From an uncultured archaeon (lineage in GTDB: Archaea > Asgardarchaeota > Thorarchaeia > Thorarchaeales > Thorarchaeaceae), in the NCBI GenBank assembly GCA_964648855.1, contig CAZYLT010000021.1, positions 10,218 through 42,217 of the forward strand: a stretch of 32,000 bases of DNA, read 5' to 3'. The notes under the pieces were generated by a model. The model searched no databases and was not told the origin of the DNA. It saw only the letters and a list, made by a program, of their open reading frames with translations. Below, piece by piece: positions 1-7,100 of the stretch (position 1 is the first letter of the stretch; every line of letters starts with the position of its first letter). The position numbers were made by a program, and so were the translations under genes.

Positions 1-1022
1 TTCTTTTTCATGATTACTACTTGGGGTATTTGGATTCCTATCGTGGGTGGGAGGCAGATATGCTCTATCCGCCCGAATATGGAAGTCACTATGAGCGAAT
101 CAAGTGGAGATTCAAGTGTACACTTATGAATAATGAAACACATCTAGCACGATATTTTTATGAAGAAGGCGACGTTTCGAGAGAGGCAATTCTCGCCCGA
201 TTAGAGAATGAGCAGGTATTCGGCTTTCACGGACATGGGCATGAGGAATGGTATAATGGACGTTTATATACAAGACTCTTAACCTCAACAAGCTCGTTAA
301 TGCCTTTTCACGTTTCTGCAAAAGATTTATCCTGCATGGATCTAGCTTTTCTGGCTGCATGTATGACATCTGCAACATCTGCAAATGGGTATCCGGTCTA
401 TAAGAATATGGCACAGGGTTTTCTGGATGGAGGGGCAAAATGTGTAGTTGGCTTCAACAGAGAAATCTATCACGGAAATACTATCAATTTCAAAAACTAC
501 TTTTTTGATAAAGCAGTTGACAACAGTTACAGCTTCTATTCGTGTTTTGTATACGCCGAAACAAAAGTGCCAGATATTGCCGATGCTTCAGAAATATTCA
601 AGAAATCCGGCGTATCCTGGAGCAACCTACATTTGCAGGATAATGACGGCGGTGATTCAGATTGGCATAAATACCTTGGATCTGGGCCCGGAAGTCCTGA
701 AACTCATTGGTATAACAATTGGGAATCTCTCTGGGGAGAATGGGATTCTGTTGACCACTTCCGTTTCGAGGTTACAGGAGGCGTCTATAAAATCAGGATA
801 TGGGCAAAGCCTCTTTATCAAGTAGATATGGATATCGAGATCAGGGTTTATGATAGTAATCATCAACTAATAACTCCGGTGAATTCAAGAGGAATTGGAG
901 GAGAGGAAGAATGGAACACAGCTAATGGATATGGCGTCTACTATTTCGAAGTTATTAAAATAGGAACTTATAACGACCCTCACGCTGGGGCGTACCAATG
1001 GAAAGTTGATATAACTTCCTAA
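1..1022 (+). CDS. 5'-truncated protein with a caspase/CHAT/gingipain-like (His-Cys) domain followed by a PPC-like beta-sandwich domain; probably secreted
   Basis: The frame is open to the window edge. Motifs VFGFHGHG and LAFLAACMTS plus 'GFLDGGAKCVVGF' are typical of the caspase-hemoglobinase fold. The C-terminal DHFRF...DIEIRVYD...GVYYFEV resembles PPC domains. Confidence 0.55.
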   Translation, partial: LFHDYYLGYLDSYRGWEADMLYPPEYGSHYERIKWRFKCTLMNNETHLARYFYEEGDVSREAILARLENEQVFGFHGHGHEEWYNGRLYTRLLTSTSSLMPFHVSAKDLSCMDLAFLAACMTSATSANGYPVYKNMAQGFLDGGAKCVVGFNREIYHGNTINFKNYFFDKAVDNSYSFYSCFVYAETKVPDIADASEIFKKSGVSWSNLHLQDNDGGDSDWHKYLGSGPGSPETHWYNNWESLWGEWDSVDHFRFEVTGGVYKIRIWAKPLYQVDMDIEIRVYDSNHQLITPVNSRGIGGEEEWNTANGYGVYYFEVIKIGTYNDPHAGAYQWKVDITS

Positions 1023-1036
1023 TGGATTCTACCCTC

Positions 1037-1071
1037 ACGGGTCCAATTATAGAAAATTATAATTGACCCGT
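1037..1071. terminator. Inverted repeat just after the stop codon (possible terminator or protein-binding site)
   Basis: ACGGGTC(C)AATTATA-gaaaat-TATAATTGACCCGT forms a 14-bp stem with one bulge. Confidence 0.45.
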
Positions 1072-1601
1072 ATCCTTCCCAACTGATGTCAATTTCCTTC
1101 TAATGATTTCCGGCTAGCGAGTAAATAATATGCGACACCAAATATTTGTCCTTTCATCCACTGACAATTTCAAGCACTCTGCTATTTCAATTTCATTTGA
1201 TTCATGTATCGCCATGTGTATACACAAATCGTTGCTCCAAGGGGATTCAACGTCATTATGATGTAAACAAAAAGCACAGAATCATTCCGAAATAACCTAT
1301 CTATAGGTCAACCTCTGAGCTCAATTCCTTTCGAGTTGATATCAAAGGGGGATGCTGTCCATTGAATGCATTGTTCCTCTCATTTTAGCAAATCACAACC
1401 TATGTTTTACTGAACCCTCAACTCTCTTTATCACCTCATTCTTCTTCATGTAATTCACTCTCCGTTTGTAAACAACGTTCCCCCTTCTTTTCTTCATATA
1501 TTGCCCACTGTAAAGATAATCTATCTGCTAGTTTTGGGAGGACTGGCCACCCCGAAACATGATCCAGCCTTCCACCCCGGTCTGCCACCAGAGCCGCCTT
1601 T

Positions 1602-1615
1602 GCAATATCCTTAAA
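1602..1615 (+). promoter_or_regulatory. BRE/TATA-like motif GCAATATCCTTAAA, copy 1, ~30 bp upstream of the tRNA 5'-half copy
   Basis: The exact 14-mer recurs at 1881-1894. Spacing to 1645 fits an archaeal tRNA promoter. Confidence 0.5.
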
Positions 1616-1644
1616 TTTCCCCAGCGTTCTGCCGCTCGTGAACT

Positions 1645-1680
1645 GCGGCCGTAGTCTAGTTTTATGATAGAAGCCTTCCA
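1645..1680 (+). pseudogene. tRNA-Gly(TCC) 5' half, ending at position 37
   Basis: GCGGCCGTAGTCTAGTTTTATGATAGAAGCCTTCCA versus the intact gene GCGGCCGTTGTCTAGGGGCTAGGATTCCACCCTTCCG; non-tRNA sequence follows. Confidence 0.85.
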
Positions 1681-1880
1681 CTGAATTGTCCGTCATAGCG
1701 GGGTCTGGGCCCTGACTCAAGCATGACAGAACCCTTCCACTGATACGTCCCTTCTTTCACCTGAAGTTGTCGCAAAGAAGATGCCACCCTTCCACTAATA
1801 TGTCGCATTGGAATATCGATTGAGGACTGTTCAATCTATGATCCAGGCCTTCCACCGATATACCCAGAGAGTTCACTCTA

Positions 1881-1894
1881 GCAATATCCTTAAA
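1881..1894 (+). promoter_or_regulatory. BRE/TATA-like motif GCAATATCCTTAAA, copy 2
   Basis: Identical to 1602-1615. Both copies follow a repeat variant reading CCTTCCA-CC rather than CCTTCCA-CT. Confidence 0.45.
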
Positions 1895-1992
1895 ACAAGT
1901 GTTCAGACACCCTTGACTCCAGAGGGACAATCGGGATTTGGGTCGAATCGATATGATCCAACCCTTCCACTGATCGTCCTTTCTAGACTCCC

Positions 1993-2067
1993 GCGGCCGT
2001 TGTCTAGGGGCTAGGATTCCACCCTTCCGAGGTGGTAGCCCGGGTTCGATTCCCGGCGGCCGCACCA
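1993..2067 (+). tRNA. tRNA-Gly(TCC), intronless, CCA encoded
   Basis: Acceptor stem GCGGCCG/CGGCCGC; D stem GTCT/GGAT; anticodon arm CCACC-CTTCCGA-GGTGG; T arm CCGGG-TTCGATT-CCCGG; ACCA end. Confidence 0.97.
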
Positions 2068-2084
2068 CAATCCTCTTTCTTCGG

Positions 2085-2187
2085 ATGAAATTAGTAGGGG
2101 AGTGAACCCCGATTTCGGACTTCTGTGTTCTGCCCTTCTCTTGCCCAGTGTCGCCACCAACTCTAGGAGCCACCCTAGAGAAAGCAA
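2085..2187. repeat. Conserved non-coding arm downstream of the tRNA 3' end, copy 1 (candidate element end or TnpB omega-RNA scaffold on the - strand)
   Basis: Colinear blocks ATGAAAT..GAGTGA..ACTT..GTGTTC..CCCTT..AGTGTCGCCA..CTC..AAGCAA are shared with 12011-12108. Hairpin CTCTAGG-agccac-CCTAGAG at 2161-2180. Confidence 0.65.
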
Positions 2188-2202
2188 GAGCTTCGGCCAC
2201 GA

Positions 2203-3879
2203 TCATTGAGACACGGTCCCTCCTGTAGCCCGAGCTTCTTTCTCCTGCTTCAACCCAGCCGCATCGTTACCGGAAGCAGAGAGAGTTTCCACAGCTCTTC
2301 CCACGGCGCTATCATCATCGCCATCCCCGCCTTCGTCACCAAAGTCGAGGATACTCAACTGAGTGGGGCGAACCACCGCGGACTTGCTCTGGCCTGATGC
2401 CTGACCATTCTGAGCAAGTTCGGACTTCTGCTTAGCGGAACGTGTCCGTCTCACAGCCTTCGGGGCTGAACCCAACCTCCGCTCGGGAGTGGCCCACCGC
2501 CCTAGTCCGTTCTCATTCGTAAGTGACGGAATGAGCGTAATCAATCGACGCGCGATATTCAGGGAACCGTTTCGGTCGGCATTGGTGCGGAACCCGCAGG
2601 TGTGACAGATAAACAGAGATTGCTTTGGTCGAACACCTCGATGCCCGCACTTCCAGCAAGTGATGGAGGTCCAGTTCTCAGGGACCGCATGAAACCGACT
2701 CCTCTTCCCCTCAGTCGGCCACCCGCGCTGTTCGAGCCCGTGCTTGAGCGTGCGCGTCACCCGCCCAAAGCTCCAGCGATGCACCATCCCTCTGAATTTC
2801 CTTCCCTTGTAGTTCCCCTTTCGAGCAGTATTGCGGATGCCCTTGACCCGGCCAATGGCAACGTACACCGTCCATTTCTCCGAGAGCTCCTCAATATAGG
2901 AGATGAGCCTGCTGACGGTTAGCCTGTCGTACTCCTTGGAGACCTGTTCCCGCTTGGAGCGAAGGCCTCTGAGTCTCGCAGCTATGTTATCATGCCGCTC
3001 CTGGTCCGCCTTACAGACTTCAAGTTCCCGCTGCAGGTCGGCGAACCGGTCATCATACTCCTTCATGAGCCTGACTTTATGCTCCTGCACAAAGTACCGG
3101 GTCTCCGAGACTTTGGATGGCGTCACCAGCGTTGTACACACTGCACGGTTGATCCCTAGGTCTATCCCGAGCACCGCCGGAGGAAGGTCCGACTCAGCCT
3201 CGACCTCTGGCAATCGCACAGCAACAGCCGCCCACCACTTCCCGTTCTTATCCGTGAACACCTGCACAGACTTCTCATCTCCTCTGTCCAGCTGCTCAAG
3301 GTGGAAGGGTGAGGTCTTCAGCGGCACCGTCAGCCTATCATGCACGCGCCGTCCCTCAGGAACCGAGTCCAGCGAGTCCCTTAGCTCAAGCCACCAGGTT
3401 GCCACAGTGCTCTTATGGCGGACCAGCTCAGCCCGATACGGTATGAAGATCCGCCTCGGAATCCGCTGGCTCCGATTCACCTCACTGGGCCGTGATGCCT
3501 TCCGCCACCGCTTCTTCCTCAATGCCAGATAGCTCTCGTAATTCGCAACAGCCACCTTTCGGCACTCACTCAGCTCATTAGCCGATATTCTCGGAAACTG
3601 CTCCTTCAGGTCATGCTCTACCTCAGGACGTTCTTCTTGCCCCTTGGTCACCTTCAGGGCCGTCATGGTCATGGCATGTAGCCTGTTCTCGTCGATCCGG
3701 TCCTTGTTCTTCCCACGCAGCAACTCATCCTCGTTCTGCTCGATGATTCCAAAAAATGCACGAATGACTCTGGTGTCCCTCCCAACCATCTGACGCAGGC
3801 GCTTACGTGCCCTATCGGTCATCATCTCCCAGTTCAGGGGGATCTTGACCGTTATCACAGGTTCTTGGGACTTTGCCAT
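2203..3879 (-). CDS. tnpB: TnpB-like RNA-guided RuvC endonuclease with a rearranged catalytic site and a long C-terminal tail
   Basis: RuvC-I VLGIDLGINR; RuvC-II region YVAIGRVKGIR; VPENWTS; Zn ribbon CWKC...CHTC; RuvC-III NADRNGSLNIA. Probable start is MAKSQ at 3879 (the ORF track starts at 3897). Confidence 0.9.
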   Translation of the reverse strand: MAKSQEPVITVKIPLNWEMMTDRARKRLRQMVGRDTRVIRAFFGIIEQNEDELLRGKNKDRIDENRLHAMTMTALKVTKGQEERPEVEHDLKEQFPRISANELSECRKVAVANYESYLALRKKRWRKASRPSEVNRSQRIPRRIFIPYRAELVRHKSTVATWWLELRDSLDSVPEGRRVHDRLTVPLKTSPFHLEQLDRGDEKSVQVFTDKNGKWWAAVAVRLPEVEAESDLPPAVLGIDLGINRAVCTTLVTPSKVSETRYFVQEHKVRLMKEYDDRFADLQRELEVCKADQERHDNIAARLRGLRSKREQVSKEYDRLTVSRLISYIEELSEKWTVYVAIGRVKGIRNTARKGNYKGRKFRGMVHRWSFGRVTRTLKHGLEQRGWPTEGKRSRFHAVPENWTSITCWKCGHRGVRPKQSLFICHTCGFRTNADRNGSLNIARRLITLIPSLTNENGLGRWATPERRLGSAPKAVRRTRSAKQKSELAQNGQASGQSKSAVVRPTQLSILDFGDEGGDGDDDSAVGRAVETLSASGNDAAGLKQEKEARATGGTVSQ

Positions 3880-3891
3880 ATCACTCGCCAC

Positions 3892-4004
3892 ATCCATTTA
3901 AAGTTCTGACATATCCAGTCAGTGGAGTTCACTCAACTCCTTATGCGTCAGAGGCTGTTTTGAACTCCTACAAATTGTATGTATGAATCCATTTAAAGTT
4001 ATGA
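3892..4004 (-). promoter_or_regulatory. Duplicated TATA-containing motif ATCCATTTAAAGTT(C/A)TGA (3892-3909, 3987-4004) flanking two hairpins
   Basis: Exact 14-bp direct repeat 95 bp apart, reading TTTAAAT on the - strand. Hairpins CTGAC/GTCAG (3906-3922) and GGAGTT/AACTCC (3924-3940). Confidence 0.55.
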
Positions 4005-4134
4005 AGCAATTTTAGCAAATTAATATTTGAATAATATTAGAACGCCTTTAACAGTGAAATATTCAACTAGACAACCTTAAGTAGTCGTTTGATATACTAA
4101 CAAGAATCACAGTAGTTTTTGACGTTAGAGGGCA

Positions 4135-7100
4135 GTGATTGACGTGTCTGGAACGAGGGGGCCGAGGAGCCGACCCCTACCTAAACATCCAAACCGGGTG
4201 CAGGTGGAGGCGATGCTGACAGGGCTGTCCACGCACGTCTACCTGCAGGGTACCCTCAAGAACACCGTCACAGCCCACTACCATGAGAGCTCCCGGTCAA
4301 TCCTCAAGCGGGGAAAGGAGGCGTACTACATCTCCAAGGCCGTGGGGAACCCTGACTTCTCCCATGTTACAGCTACCGAGAACAACATCCGGAAGAACGG
4401 GCTGGACCTGCTGGAGGAGAACGCCGCAGCCTACGGGTGCACCGAGACCAAGCGGGCAAGAAAGTGGTACGAGGAGGTGGGCCCGCTTAACCAGCGACTG
4501 AATGCCGGGGGTGCGGCTCTGAGGGAGTGCGCGGTGCTGGACTATCCCATGGGGCAAGGAAGACAGTTGATTGCTGAAGATGGGAGCGAGACCGGCTACG
4601 GATACCACGGTGACTCTAGGGCGCCGGCCTACAACCTCATCCACAAGACACTCCCTGAACTTGACTTTGTGGACTCCGTGCGATATCACATCCAGGTTCT
4701 CAATACGGACTGCTACATCTTCGAAGTTCCGGTGAGGGACACCAGGCGATACAGCAACCTGTTCCTGCTGCGAGCTCGGAAGTATCTAGACAACATCTAC
4801 ACCGAACACAAGTACGGAGAGAAGGGGTTCCGGAAGGGAACGTTGCGAATCCTGCGTGAGTTGCGTAACGACATCCGCAGACACTACAACACCCGAAGCG
4901 AAGACAGCCCAACGGTAAGCTCCAGCATCACGTATCATCAACCGACGTTCTCCATGCAGTTCTTTCGAGATGCGGTAGCGGAGGCCAAGAGGGCGGGAGT
5001 GGATCCACTGGCTACGGGCGAACTTGAACGCATCCTGAGACCCGGCACCAACATCATTCCGGATGCAAAGGGAAAACTCCGCCCCTGTCTGCGAACGGAG
5101 GATGTTGAGCACATCTGGAAGATGGCAACCGACCGAGGGAGGAAGATAGGCTCTATAGTTCATGGTCATATCACAGACCTGTTCGACAGCTTCAGGAGTG
5201 CAGGGGACGCCATCCGCAATGATGACCGAGATAGAATCAACCGGGATACAGTCAGAATAGTAGCGGAACTACCCCTGGAAACAAAGCTGGGGAAGGGTAG
5301 GGCTGATCTTACAGTCTTTCGGCGAGAGGTCGCGCCGCAGCGGCTCAAGACCTTCTATCGCCCCCAGATGGTGGTGGAGATCAAGACCCGTTCAGCCTTC
5401 GACTTTTCTTTGGGTTATGATATCAGACCTTCCGAGTCCAGAGCCAGATACGGCAAGCCTCCTCGTGTGGTCCCAGAGTTTGAGGTCGAGCCTCGTCCGC
5501 TCACCAAGAAGGAATGGGAGGCGGTAGTGGATGAGTTTCCAAGGCAACAGACTCAGCAGCAGCTCAAGGCATATGCGGATGCTCTCTCGGAGAGCTTTGC
5601 TTCGGTCTCTGGAACTGAGGATTGCGCTCCCGTGATCAAGGCAACGCTGCTTATTGACCCCTCCACCAGCAACCCTGAGAGCCGCAAGACAATCAGAGCC
5701 CTCATACTCCATGCCCTTGACACCATCCAGACAGAAGGTAAGATTGAGGAACGAATGGTCTTCAAGGTGGACAAGCAGCCAGCTGACACAGAGATGGTTC
5801 TTGTCGTCCATAAACAGAACTACTCGCAAGATAATATAGGTGAAGTTGTTCCACCCGAGTGGCGGCCTGCATATGACCCACTCTTTGGTTCAGGGTCGCG
5901 CAAGATGAGATTCATCCTCCACCTATCGGCGGCTTCTATAGGCTCATCAGGAAAGTCAGCCGCCAGAATCTCTGGCTATCATCATGGTATGCGTCTACTT
6001 TATGAAATTGTTCACAATAAGCCTCAGACTGATCTCGTGTGGTTCGACCTAGCTGATGATTTTCAATATGGACCGCTTGCCGAGGTACGACTGCGACTGA
6101 GAACACCCGATGAGGAGCATGACTCACCTGAAGAATTGTACGGACTGTTTGAGAGAATCAGATTCGAGGGGCTATTCTCTGAGATTCAGCGATATCTGTA
6201 TGAGGATGGTTTCCTTCCAGACATTCGGCACCATCTTGGTGAACCCAGAGACTCAGATCGCATAATCATTGTGAGCGGATGGGATCGGATACGAGAGTCC
6301 ACGCCAGCTCCATATCGGAAGAGACTGAATATGCTATTGGGCCATATCCTTCGCCAAATTCCAGATATTGAGAAGACAACCATCCTGTGGTTTGACCTTC
6401 CTGTCAGATATGAACGTGTGTCATCAGCCTATAGAATGCGTTGTTTCTTACCCTTCTATGATAACTCTCTCCTGAGGGGTGAGGTTACAGAGATGATGTG
6501 GAATCTCCCTTGTCCTCCTCCGGATGTCTTGGACCCGGATGAGTGGTACTTGCCCGTCATTCCAAAGACTCCCATGTTTGACGATATAAGAACAATAATC
6601 AAGCAGAAGGCTGACGGTTTCGAGGTCTCACTTGCTCATGTTCCACCCCTAGCCAATTGGGCAGACAAGTTTCGCACGGAGGACTTCAGCAATAAGGGAC
6701 CTCCACCCGTTTCAATTGATAAGGCAGTTCCTCGATTGCAGATAAGGAACAAAATCAAGGGGTTGGCTCTCTCCCTTCTCCCATGGCTGGCAGAGCTTCA
6801 TCCTGGGCAGATCGTGTCACTTGAAAACGATACAAAGCGGGCAGGAGAATTCGTTCGGTCCTATGTATCCAGTCAGCTACCCAGCTTGGATGATATGGGG
6901 GTTGTATCAGAGCACAAGGCAAGAACCACCCCACAATCAAACGAACTAGACCAAATCAGATTTAGAACATGTGTTCCAAGAACAGGCAAATCATTCCAGC
7001 AAATGACTGCCGGAAAAATCAACACTCACCGCTTGTACCGTAGTGAGGAGGAAACCAGAACCAAACGACGTCCATCTCACCCTATTGTTACATCGCTATC

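Larger units (their letters stand above)
1559..1978 (+). repeat. Array of 6 degenerate repeats, consensus ATGA-N5-SCCTTCCA-CTGATxxGTC, with mostly unique intervening sequences
   Basis: The CCTTCCA core starts at 1568, 1674, 1733, 1788, 1848 and 1963, and the tRNA's own CCTTCCG starts at 2023. Spacings are 106, 59, 55, 60, 115, 60. Confidence 0.85.

Noticed and set aside
1901-1920. Possible seventh repeat (CAGACACCCTTGACT) in the middle of the 115-bp unit
   Set aside because: The core CCTTCCA is broken and similarity is too low to count, although the position roughly fits the period.
1559-1978. Canonical CRISPR array
   Set aside because: The repeats are internally variable, tRNA-derived and irregularly spaced, and no cas1/cas2 is present. 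Reported as a CRISPR-like repeat array instead.
1681-2029. A long BHB intron at position 37/38 joining the 5' half at 1645-1680 to the 3' half at 2030
   Set aside because: GAAGC does not pair with GGTGG, no bulge-helix-bulge is evident, and the downstream tRNA is complete by itself.
1436-2206. ORFs 1436-1720(-), 1757-2206(-) and 1808-2014(+)
   Set aside because: They overlap the array and tRNA; 'VRPPGIEPG' is the usual antisense-tRNA translation artefact.
2203-3897. Complete IS200/IS605 or IS607 element, or a catalytically dead TnpB
   Set aside because: There is no Y1 or serine transposase nearby and the ends cannot be defined. The missing RuvC-II Glu has a plausible replacement (E407).
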